A stretch of 50,821 bases of DNA from an uncultured bacterium. Its GTDB lineage: Bacteria; Fidelibacterota; Marinisomatia; Marinisomatales; AB-629-J13. The DNA is taken from positions 1 through 50,821 of the forward strand of contig CAYSQB010000005.1 in assembly GCA_964433085.1 (NCBI GenBank), read 5' to 3'. Under the pieces are notes generated by a model. It was not told the DNA's origin. It was given only the letters and a program-made list of their open reading frames with translations, and did no database searches. The position numbers were made by a program, and so were the translations under genes. Shown piece by piece: positions 10,451 to 18,561 of the stretch. Every line of letters starts with the position of its first letter. The first letter of the stretch is position 1.

Positions 10451-11676
10451 CAAAAATTTCCCTGAGAAAATTTCCCTTCCCCTATTGTTCCGCGCTGGCA
10501 ATAGCAAGCGATCTTGATAATACCATATCGGTAAAAACGTATTTTACTATGATGGATTATTTAAACAGCACGTCTCAAACTTATTTTGGTCACGGACTAG
10601 GTTTAGAGGTTGGCAATAGTTTCTGGTTTTTTAATGGGACACAAACTTCTCAGGTATCATACTTTTCACGGTTAACTCAAAGAGAAACATCATTTGCTGG
10701 TCGTTGCCGCGAATTATGGGAATCTGGACATATTGACACCTTACATACATTTGGGAATTTTGACGACGGTGTATTCCATCGTAAATATGCTGAAATTGCA
10801 ATTAATGAATTACAAAAAAAAGACGCGAAAATACCTGTGTGGATCAATCATGGAACAAAAAATAACACTCAAAATATTAGTGCTGATGATTCATTCCAGG
10901 GTGCTAATAGAGATTCAAATGCTTATCATATGGATATAGTTCGTGATGTTGGTTGTCGATATTATTGGGTTGGACGTATGACTCATGTAATAGGTCAGAA
11001 TGCTAAACGCAACGTGAATATTGTATCTAAAACACTTCTTCAAAATGTTATTAATTCAGTTAAATATCGTTCAATTAATGCCTCATTTCTATCATATCCA
11101 GACAATCAAGTAATGCACCCAAGTTTATTGCAAGATGGTTCTCAGATTTGGGATTTTCAAAGATGGATTAATGCCTGGGGAAGGGAAACTTTGTTAGATA
11201 TCCATGACTTTATAATTCAGATTAATCCCCGGGTGATTAAAACTTTAATTCGAAATGAAGGAATGATGATATTATATACGCACTTCAATGAAAATCTGGT
11301 TTTCAAAGAGGGTATCCCACAAAAACTTCAAATGGCCTTACAAAACATTAAAACGCAATTTGATTCTGGAAAACTGTTGGTAGCAACTGTCTCAAGGTTA
11401 CTTAATTATATTGAGATTTCAACTTATATTTCTTATGATATCATCGAGAATAATAATAGAAGGGTAATTATTCTCAATCAATTTTTGCATACTCCCCTTG
11501 GAGATAGAATTATTACACTGTCAGATTTATTGGGTTTGACTTTTTATTATAAAGGAAATGTTCCACCACAAATTAGATTTATGAAAAAAGAGATACAGAT
11601 TAATCAAAATAAATCTGACAAAACTGGTTTACTGTCGGTTTCCATTCCATGGAAAAAATTAGAGTATCCTAATTAG
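10447..11676 (+). CDS. Hypothetical protein, possibly polysaccharide deacetylase / NodB-like barrel
   Basis: FPFPY..ALAIASDLD start, DTLHTFG, WINHG, ILYTHF: Asp/His residues spaced like a metal-dependent carbohydrate esterase. Confidence 0.5.
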   Translation: MTKISLRKFPFPYCSALAIASDLDNTISVKTYFTMMDYLNSTSQTYFGHGLGLEVGNSFWFFNGTQTSQVSYFSRLTQRETSFAGRCRELWESGHIDTLHTFGNFDDGVFHRKYAEIAINELQKKDAKIPVWINHGTKNNTQNISADDSFQGANRDSNAYHMDIVRDVGCRYYWVGRMTHVIGQNAKRNVNIVSKTLLQNVINSVKYRSINASFLSYPDNQVMHPSLLQDGSQIWDFQRWINAWGRETLLDIHDFIIQINPRVIKTLIRNEGMMILYTHFNENLVFKEGIPQKLQMALQNIKTQFDSGKLLVATVSRLLNYIEISTYISYDIIENNNRRVIILNQFLHTPLGDRIITLSDLLGLTFYYKGNVPPQIRFMKKEIQINQNKSDKTGLLSVSIPWKKLEYPN

Positions 11677-11748
11677 ATGATATCTTTGCAAATTTTATAT
11701 ATTGCTCCAGAAAACACTGTTGGTTTTTTTCATTATAAAGTAGTTTAA
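11677..11748 (+). pseudogene. 5' remnant (23 codons) of the downstream glycosyltransferase
   Basis: Translates MISLQILYIAPENTVGFFHYKVV*; ILYIAPENTVG is identical to residues encoded at 12844-12876. Confidence 0.8.
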
Positions 11749-12825
11749 GTGATAAACATGACTGGGCGTAAAATGAAAAAAATGATCAAAAGAGCAATTT
11801 ATTTTCCAAGAGGATTAGATTTTTTTAGATACCTCTTAAATAAAACTTATTCATATTTTCTTAAAAAAAGCAAAAGTCAAAAAGTGGCTTATCCATCAAC
11901 TATAATGTTAGAAGTGACAAATCATTGTAATCTAAAATGTATTACTTGTCCAAGAGAATATGTTTTTGGTGATCAAATGGATAAAGGATATATGAAATTC
12001 AACAAACTGAAAAAAATAATCGATGAAGCATATCCATATGTGGATTCAATTGGACTGACAGGATTGGGAGAAACATTATTATATAAAGATATAGCAGATG
12101 CAGTTAATTATATAAAAAGTAAAAGCAAGGGTATAATTGTATCGTGCTCAATTAATGCTCATTTAAAAAATAGTGTTGATATTGTAAGTCAATTAGTTGA
12201 TAAAATTGATACTATTCAGATTTCAATGGATGGTATTGGAAAAACATATAATAAAGTTCGACTGGGGGGAGATTTTAACTTTTTTCAATCAAACCTTAGA
12301 AAAATTGTGAAGTTAGCATTTACCTCTGAAACCGATATTATGCTCAATGTAGTATTAGTTAAAGAAAATTACCATCAAATGTCTGATATGATTGAATTTG
12401 CCAATAACCTTGGAATAAAATATATAGATATGGTGCCAATAAATTTGGTTTCAAAAACTAATGAAAATATATCTTATTATAATTTATTCCTTTCTGAGGA
12501 ATTTCAAGAACAATTAAATGCCGCAAAAGCGAAAGCAAAAAAAAACAAGAAACTGGAGTTTGTTTATCATCCATTTAGTTTAAATAATGGTTTTAATACA
12601 TGTACATATCCGTGGAACTATTTTTATGTTTCTTGGGATGGCCTCTTGCCACCGTGTTGTGCTAAACCATTCCCGAAAGAATTGAATTTGGGGAACGTTT
12701 TTAAAAATGGTCTGAAAGATAGTATTAATTCAAAAATGTTTAAAGAATTCCGAACATTATGGTACAAAAATGAGACCCCAAAATTTTGTAATAAATGCAT
12801 ACTAACCGTTAATAAATTAAAATAA
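11749..12825 (+). CDS. Radical SAM / SPASM-twitch domain protein (start may be ATG 11758 or 11773)
   Basis: CNLKCITC (CxxxCxxC), GLGE, ISMDG; C-terminal CTYPW...WDG...PCC...LGN...CNKC. Confidence 0.92.
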   Translation: MINMTGRKMKKMIKRAIYFPRGLDFFRYLLNKTYSYFLKKSKSQKVAYPSTIMLEVTNHCNLKCITCPREYVFGDQMDKGYMKFNKLKKIIDEAYPYVDSIGLTGLGETLLYKDIADAVNYIKSKSKGIIVSCSINAHLKNSVDIVSQLVDKIDTIQISMDGIGKTYNKVRLGGDFNFFQSNLRKIVKLAFTSETDIMLNVVLVKENYHQMSDMIEFANNLGIKYIDMVPINLVSKTNENISYYNLFLSEEFQEQLNAAKAKAKKNKKLEFVYHPFSLNNGFNTCTYPWNYFYVSWDGLLPPCCAKPFPKELNLGNVFKNGLKDSINSKMFKEFRTLWYKNETPKFCNKCILTVNKLK

Positions 12826-12834
12826 GAGAATATT

Positions 12835-13926
12835 ATTTTAAAAATCCTCTATATCGCACCAGAGAACACTGTTGGTACACTTAGCAGTTGGAAACAGCTT
12901 CACGAAGCGAAAGGTAATGAATGCACATTTATAACTCTTTATAAATCACAACATAAATATGACCCCGGTATTTGCCTGAATTTGCCATTGGTCAATACGA
13001 GTTCTTGGTATCTCCGTGGGAGACATCGCTACTATCAGATTTTTCGTGGAGAAATGGGTGACTATAAAGAAAAAGGTGGTTATCCACCTGTTTGGGAGCC
13101 CAACACAAAGCTTGAGAAAGCGTATTTTCAATTCCGTGACTGGCTTTGGCATTTTAAGGTTGAGCCGGCTATTGAAAAGCTTGGGCTCATGAATTATGAT
13201 ATTATTCATTTGGAGTGGGGGCTGGAATTTTACCGGGATGGACGGTTTGTAGATAAATTGGTAGAGTCAGGAAAACCAATCGTGTGTACTTATCATGGTC
13301 AGGATATGAGAACCAGAGGCGTGATTTCAAAAATTGACAGTGTGTCCTCATTAAATGTGACAAGCGAGTTAGATTTGTTAAAAAGACACCCCAATATTTA
13401 CTATTTATTTCTTCCATTTGACACAAAACAATTTTCACCGGATTATCATGTAGGTGATAAAACACGTATCTGTCATAGTCCAACCAATCGTTATTACAAA
13501 GGGAGCGAGACGATTATTCCAATATGTGAAACGATTGTCAAAGAGAATAAAAACGTTGAATTTATTCTCATAGAAAACCAACTATACGTTGAGACTCTCA
13601 GGATTAAAAAATCGTGTGATATACTGGTGGATCAATTGCATAATCGTGGTGGTTGGGGGTATGGTATGAATTCGATTGAAGCGTTATCCATGGGATTGTG
13701 CTGTGTGACGGAACTGATTGATGAATATGTCAATTTTATTCCTGATCACCCTTTTGTAAATGTGAATGGAGATAATGTCTATGATACACTCAAATCTTTG
13801 ATCAATAACCGGGAAGTGTTGTTGGATCATAAAAAGAAAAGCAGGGAATGGGTTATAAAGCATCATGATCTACATAATACAGGTGAAGTGTTATACCAAT
13901 ATTATGAAGAAAGAGGCTTCATTTGA
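12835..13926 (+). CDS. Glycosyltransferase (GT-B/GT4-like); true N-terminus lies upstream of the ORF-track start, likely non-canonical ATT start
   Basis: Frame is open from 12826: ILKILYIAPENTVGTLSSWKQLH..GNEC is a typical GT-B first strand/helix; later YHGQD, HSPTNRYYKGS, YGMNSIEALSMG; AAGAG 6 nt before ATT 12835. Confidence 0.8.
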   Translation: MLKILYIAPENTVGTLSSWKQLHEAKGNECTFITLYKSQHKYDPGICLNLPLVNTSSWYLRGRHRYYQIFRGEMGDYKEKGGYPPVWEPNTKLEKAYFQFRDWLWHFKVEPAIEKLGLMNYDIIHLEWGLEFYRDGRFVDKLVESGKPIVCTYHGQDMRTRGVISKIDSVSSLNVTSELDLLKRHPNIYYLFLPFDTKQFSPDYHVGDKTRICHSPTNRYYKGSETIIPICETIVKENKNVEFILIENQLYVETLRIKKSCDILVDQLHNRGGWGYGMNSIEALSMGLCCVTELIDEYVNFIPDHPFVNVNGDNVYDTLKSLINNREVLLDHKKKSREWVIKHHDLHNTGEVLYQYYEERGFI

Positions 13927-14822
13927 ACTGGACTCCTTTAGTAGATGTCATTATTCCCTGTTACAATGTGGAACACATTGTTGAAAGCTGTATCAGCAGC
14001 GTATTGAATCAACAATACCAAGGGGGTTTTAATATCTTTTTGGTAAACGACGGCTCAACTGATCAAACTGGAACGGTTCTCGATTCCTTTCATAGCCATT
14101 CATACATTAAAATTATACATCTTGAAAAGAACAGCGGGTTATCTACTGCAAGGAACAAAGGGATAAATGCTGGCAATGGAGAGGTGATTTTATTTCTGGA
14201 TAGTGATATGGTCGTACAAGATAATTGGATAAACGAACATATCTGTGCCTTGGGGCAGAATAATATTATAGGTGTCATTGGAGATTCAATATTACCAAAT
14301 GGAATAAAGCCCAACGTGCTTGATAAGTATCTATATGATATGAGAAGAGGAGCACGTCAATTCGGGGAAAACACCTCCATATCATTCCCCTATTTTTTAT
14401 TCAACAACACATCTGTAAAAAGGGCCATTTTTGATGTAGTGAAACTTTTTGATGAAAATATCACAAGTTATGGAGGAGAAGATACTGAATTGGCAATTCG
14501 GATTTGGGAAGCATATCCTAATTCTTTGCGATATTCTTCAAAAGCCATGTGTGAACACCATCATAAACGGGCACTGGATGAATTTTGTAGGTCTATGTAT
14601 AACTATGGGAGAACCAACTTACCTGTTTTACTAGAAAAATATCCTCAGTATAAAAATGATCTAGGTGGTGATTGGATTTACACATCAAAAGGTTTTTTTC
14701 TGTTTAATCCAATAGTTCGGTGGTTTATTGGATTATTAAACAGGTATTTTTCAAATTATTTTTTAACCAGGTACATGGTTATAGATGCGGTCATTCGCGG
14801 TGCTAGATCATTCACTCTTTAG
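13923..14822 (+). CDS. Glycosyltransferase family 2
   Basis: VIIPCYN, VNDGSTD, GLSTARNKG, FLDSD, FDE..TSYGGED. Confidence 0.92.
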   Translation: MNWTPLVDVIIPCYNVEHIVESCISSVLNQQYQGGFNIFLVNDGSTDQTGTVLDSFHSHSYIKIIHLEKNSGLSTARNKGINAGNGEVILFLDSDMVVQDNWINEHICALGQNNIIGVIGDSILPNGIKPNVLDKYLYDMRRGARQFGENTSISFPYFLFNNTSVKRAIFDVVKLFDENITSYGGEDTELAIRIWEAYPNSLRYSSKAMCEHHHKRALDEFCRSMYNYGRTNLPVLLEKYPQYKNDLGGDWIYTSKGFFLFNPIVRWFIGLLNRYFSNYFLTRYMVIDAVIRGARSFTL

Positions 14823-14877
14823 TAATATTTTTCTTCTTAAATAAAATTCTTCTCAAGAAATTTGATCTTATTTTAAA

Positions 14878-15156
14878 ATGGCTTCTCGACCATGTTTCCC
14901 CAATCAAAATGATTCCATGGCAGTTTACTTAGCAGGTGTCTTGGGAGTTCTGTCACTTGCCATTTTCGGGAAGCAGAATCCTGTCTTAACAAAACCGAAA
15001 TTTAAAAAATCTGCTTATATACCTCCTAAGTATCCATGCAATCACAAAAACAATCACTGGCGTTTATGTGGTGAGTGTACCAATACTGTAACACCTGAAT
15101 CTGTATTTGATGAAATAAATCGTTTACTATCTTGTTTCTCCTCCAAACACGATTGA
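14878..15156 (+). pseudogene. C-terminal fragment of a GT9 (heptosyltransferase-like) gene
   Basis: NDSMAVYLAGVLGVLSLAIFGKQNP resembles GT9 NDSGxxHLAAAxGxPxxxxFGxTxP, then Cys cluster and TVTPESV; only ~50 nt of room upstream, so most of the enzyme is missing. Confidence 0.7.
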
Positions 15157-15205
15157 TTCAATTTATTATACGCATTTCGGATATTTCCCAAAAAAAATAT
15201 TCTAA

Positions 15206-15233
15206 TTGAATTATAAACTATTTTGTGTAAATT
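15206..15233 (+). promoter_or_regulatory. Putative promoter (TTGAAT-N16-TAAATT) upstream of the small membrane protein pair
   Basis: TTGAAT 15206-15211 and TAAATT 15228-15233 in an AT-rich intergenic region. Confidence 0.35.
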
Positions 15234-15296
15234 TGGGAAATACTTTAAGATAAACTCTGAGCACCGAACAGATATTTTGCATTAGTTATTAGAAAT

Positions 15297-15326
15297 AAAC
15301 GGGGATACGTATCCCCGTTTTTGTTT
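15297..15326 (+). terminator. Perfect 24-nt palindrome hairpin with U-rich tail (terminator/attenuator-like)
   Basis: AAACGGGGATAC|GTATCCCCGTTT followed by TTGTTT, ending about 30 nt before ATG 15356. Confidence 0.65.
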
Positions 15327-15355
15327 ACTACACACAAAACCAAGGAGGTACACTT

Positions 15356-15562
15356 ATGGCAGATGTTAGTTCAACCGTAGAGAATGTAGTTGGTGGAGTT
15401 GTAAGCCTGATCAAGGGTCTCATCGTGTTATTCGTTTTTGCGAATATCGTTTACGATACTGGATTTGATCCGGTTTATGGAATCATAAATCTAGTTGATT
15501 CATTCCTAAGCGGTGGTTTTGCCGGATTATTAGCACTTCTGGTTCTCGTATCGTTTTTATAG
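15356..15562 (+). CDS. Small hydrophobic membrane protein (68 aa), paralog 1
   Basis: Strong RBS AAGGAGG 15342-15348; two hydrophobic segments; GGFAGLLALLVL aligns with the next ORF. Confidence 0.8.
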   Translation: MADVSSTVENVVGGVVSLIKGLIVLFVFANIVYDTGFDPVYGIINLVDSFLSGGFAGLLALLVLVSFL

Positions 15563-15621
15563 GCATCTTGTCTGAGAAATAAACGAAACCACGAACTTGA
15601 ATCATCCCTAATGGAGGCAAA

Positions 15622-15837
15622 ATGAAAAACGCACTTGACTTTATCAATAAGTGGCTAGGCGAACTTACTGAAATACTGAAATCACTGATAGTGGTAGGCG
15701 TGATCGTTGGCATACTTTTCGATGACTTTTTTGGTGTTATCGGAGGTATAGGACGTGTTGTCGGACAGTTCGGAGATGGAGGGCTAGCAGGACTCCTTGC
15801 TCTGATGATCATATATCTGTGGTACCAGAAGAAATAA
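15622..15837 (+). CDS. Small hydrophobic membrane protein (71 aa), paralog 2
   Basis: RBS GGAGG before ATG; LKSLIVVGVIVGILFD...GGLAGLLALMII; followed by terminator. Confidence 0.85.
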   Translation: MKNALDFINKWLGELTEILKSLIVVGVIVGILFDDFFGVIGGIGRVVGQFGDGGLAGLLALMIIYLWYQKK

Positions 15838-15855
15838 TGTAAATCCCATACTGAT

Positions 15856-15886
15856 GAACGCCCCGGAAACGGGGCGTTCTTATTTT
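15856..15886 (+). terminator. Rho-independent terminator
   Basis: GAACGCCCCG-GAAA-CGGGGCGTTC 10-bp stem with GNRA loop, then TTATTTT. Confidence 0.88.
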
Positions 15887-15965
15887 AGCGATAAAATTCA
15901 TCAATTATGTTTTTCTTTCAGGCTTAAACATACAAACGCTCTTTAAATGGGATAGGAGATAAGAG

Positions 15966-16172
15966 TTTAGGTCTCAATTCATAAACCATATATTTCGTTA
16001 ATAACCCTTCCTCCGTTTTTATGGATGGATATCTCAATTTCTGGCGTATCCCAAAACCGTCTTTAATATTAGCGACCTGGAACTCTCTTCTTGATCTGCG
16101 AGATTGGTTTATTTAGGCTCAATTCATATTTTATCCCGATATAGATCGGTGAGGTGCATTTATAATTGAGAT
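15966..16172. repeat. Short dispersed repeats with CTCAATT core
   Basis: TTTAGGTCTCAATTCATA 15966-15983, TTTAGG-CTCAATTCATA 16112-16128, ATCTCAATT 16031-16039, inverted AATTGAGAT 16164-16172. Confidence 0.5.
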
Positions 16173-16190
16173 AAAAACTTAACGGAAAGC

Positions 16191-16219
16191 TTGGAAAAAC
16201 AGACATATTAGAATAATTT
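16191..16219 (+). promoter_or_regulatory. Putative promoter for the amidase operon (TTGGAA-N17-TAATTT), near-leaderless
   Basis: TTGGAA 16191-16196, 17 nt, TAATTT 16214-16219, ATG at 16228 without SD. Confidence 0.5.
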
Positions 16220-16227
16220 TACCCCAT

Positions 16228-17712
16228 ATGAATTTATTTCCACTCAAATTATTTCTGCTTTTTCTATTTACGTGTAATGTATTTGGAATACCTATTGAGG
16301 TAATCACTGTAGGTCAAAATAGTGTTAAAGAATTAAAAACTTTAATATATGAGGAGCAGGTATATTGTTCAACCGATGAGATCTCTCGAATATTAAAATG
16401 CCAACTTTATCATAGTGAAAAAAGAGGTAAAACTGTATTATATATTGAAAATCGAAGAGTAAAGATTTCAGCTCAATCCACCTTTATTCTTGTAGATGAT
16501 CATGTGTACCAAATACCCTTCCCGAGTATTAGTAAAGCAACAGATATTTATCTTCCCGCAGCTGAATTTTTTGACATATTAAAATCATCTATATTTCCTG
16601 AATTGAATTATGATTCTAATAAACAAATTCTTGATTTCGATATTAAAGGGTTCAATATAAATAGAGTAGTAATCGATGAGAAAGCAAACGGAACCATTCT
16701 TTATATCAAAACGAGAAAAGAATTTCCTGAGGGCCATGTAAGCGCATTCAAACACAAAAATGGGTGGTTTTATGTTACGGTAAAAGGTGGAATAATTGAT
16801 TCAGAAAAAGTGAAAAACACATATACCCGTGGGAATGTACGAAAAGTGACGGCAGATCAATTAAATGAGTCAGCACAGTTGGCTTTTAAACTTGGCTCTG
16901 ACATTGTAGGACATGAATTATACCAGACAGATAAACCATCAGAGATAGTCATCACATTAAGATCACCAATTGAAAATAATGCATATATTAAATCTATGAA
17001 AAACCGGTGGTTTTTAGATACTATTGTTTTGGATGCCGGTCACGGAGGAAAAGATGGTGGGACACAAGGAAAAAGAGGAACAAAGGAAAAAGATATTACT
17101 TTGGATATTGCTAAGAGATTAGGTTCATTGATTGAGAAAAACTCTCGAATTAAAACAATCTACACCAGAGAAGAAGATGTATTTATTTCATTAAAGAAAC
17201 GTACCCAAATGGCTAACGAAAAAAATGGGAAATTATTTATTAGTATACATGCAAATGCAAACCCTAATAAAAAAGTCCGTGGATTTGAAACATATCTACT
17301 TCGTCCGGGTAAAACCGATGATGCTATTGCAGTAGCATCAAGAGAGAACTCTGTTATTAACCTTGAAGAAAATAAAACGAATTTCTACGATAAACTGGAA
17401 GGAAGTAATTTAATTATGGTAACTATGGCACAAAGCATGTACATGAAAGAAAGTGAGTATTTAGCTGCCTTAATTCAAGAAGAAATTGGAAAAAAGGTGT
17501 CGTCGAAAAACCGCGGTGTAAAACAAGCAGGGTTCTATGTATTGGTTGGGGCAAGTATGCCTAATGTTCTTGTGGAGGTGGGATATTTATCAAATAAATA
17601 TGAAGAAAAACTTTTAAGGAAAGGGTCTTATCGTCAAAATATAGCAGAGGGGATTTATCAAGCCGTTATCAAGTTTAAACAATCCAAAGAAAAAAATTTG
17701 GACAAGGGATGA
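16228..17712 (+). CDS. N-acetylmuramoyl-L-alanine amidase (Amidase_3, AmiC-like)
   Basis: Signal peptide; IVLDAGHGGKD, EKDITL, FISIHAN, GFETY, MPNVLVEVGYLSN. Confidence 0.93.
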   Translation: MNLFPLKLFLLFLFTCNVFGIPIEVITVGQNSVKELKTLIYEEQVYCSTDEISRILKCQLYHSEKRGKTVLYIENRRVKISAQSTFILVDDHVYQIPFPSISKATDIYLPAAEFFDILKSSIFPELNYDSNKQILDFDIKGFNINRVVIDEKANGTILYIKTRKEFPEGHVSAFKHKNGWFYVTVKGGIIDSEKVKNTYTRGNVRKVTADQLNESAQLAFKLGSDIVGHELYQTDKPSEIVITLRSPIENNAYIKSMKNRWFLDTIVLDAGHGGKDGGTQGKRGTKEKDITLDIAKRLGSLIEKNSRIKTIYTREEDVFISLKKRTQMANEKNGKLFISIHANANPNKKVRGFETYLLRPGKTDDAIAVASRENSVINLEENKTNFYDKLEGSNLIMVTMAQSMYMKESEYLAALIQEEIGKKVSSKNRGVKQAGFYVLVGASMPNVLVEVGYLSNKYEEKLLRKGSYRQNIAEGIYQAVIKFKQSKEKNLDKG

Positions 17713-18521
17713 TTATTTCTGATTACCCTATCGGTGTTTTTGATTCAGGATTAGGAGGGCTTACAGTTGTAAAGGCAATCAGAGAACAACTCCCCAATGA
17801 ATCCATCATTTATCTTGGAGATACCGCCAGAGTACCCTATGGAGATAAAAGTAGAACAACTGTGCAGAAATATTCTTTTGAAATTGCAGAATTCCTCTTG
17901 GGGAAAAAGGTGAAAGCGATTGTCGTCGCCTGTAATACTGCTACGGCTTTGGCCCTAGATGAATTAGAAGATCATTTATCTGTCCCGGTAATGGGTGTCA
18001 TTCACCCTGGCGCTAAGGCTGCTGAGGGAAAAACGAAAACCAAAAGAATAGGGGTTATCGGTACCACGGCCACAATTCAATCCGGTACCTACGAAAAACA
18101 ACTTAAATTAATTAATCAGAGATTAAGCGTAGTTTCTCAAGCCTGTCCGTTATTGGTCCCTCTTGCTGAAGATGGCTGGATGAAAGAAAAAATTGTTAAA
18201 GACATTTTAACCTACTATCTTGATCCTTTAATCAAGGAGGATATAGATACATTAATTTTGGGCTGTACACATTATCCAGTATTTTTAAGCCTTGTAGGTG
18301 ATATTGTGGGCGCAGATATTACTTTAATAGACTCCCCATCTGAAGTTGCAATCGCATTGTTGGATTTATTGAAAGAAAATAATTTATTGATTAAAAAGAA
18401 TTACTCAGGGAATTTGGATTGTTTTGTTACTGACGAAACGAGTTCTTTCCCTTTAATTGCTGAGAGGTTTCTTGGTCATCCTATTTCTAATTTATGTTTT
18501 ACTGACATAAGTCGAAACTAA
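17709..18521 (+). CDS. murI: Glutamate racemase
   Basis: IGVFDSGLGGLTV, GDTARVPYG, VACNTAT, LGCTHYP. Confidence 0.98.
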   Translation: MIISDYPIGVFDSGLGGLTVVKAIREQLPNESIIYLGDTARVPYGDKSRTTVQKYSFEIAEFLLGKKVKAIVVACNTATALALDELEDHLSVPVMGVIHPGAKAAEGKTKTKRIGVIGTTATIQSGTYEKQLKLINQRLSVVSQACPLLVPLAEDGWMKEKIVKDILTYYLDPLIKEDIDTLILGCTHYPVFLSLVGDIVGADITLIDSPSEVAIALLDLLKENNLLIKKNYSGNLDCFVTDETSSFPLIAERFLGHPISNLCFTDISRN

Positions 18522-18561
18522 GTATAGCTATAAAGTAGAACCTCTTAGCGCACAAATATCT

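Noticed and set aside
10447-13926. Four consecutive ORFs in one reading frame separated only by single stops (possible read-through polyprotein or recoding)
   Set aside because: Stops are TAG/TAA/TAA, used normally elsewhere in the window; the domains are self-contained and the layout is explained by the insertion scars.
15252-15275. AACTCTGAGCACCGAA resembles fragments of a glycine riboswitch
   Set aside because: GGAGA and CTCTCAGG elements and the stems are missing or in the wrong order.
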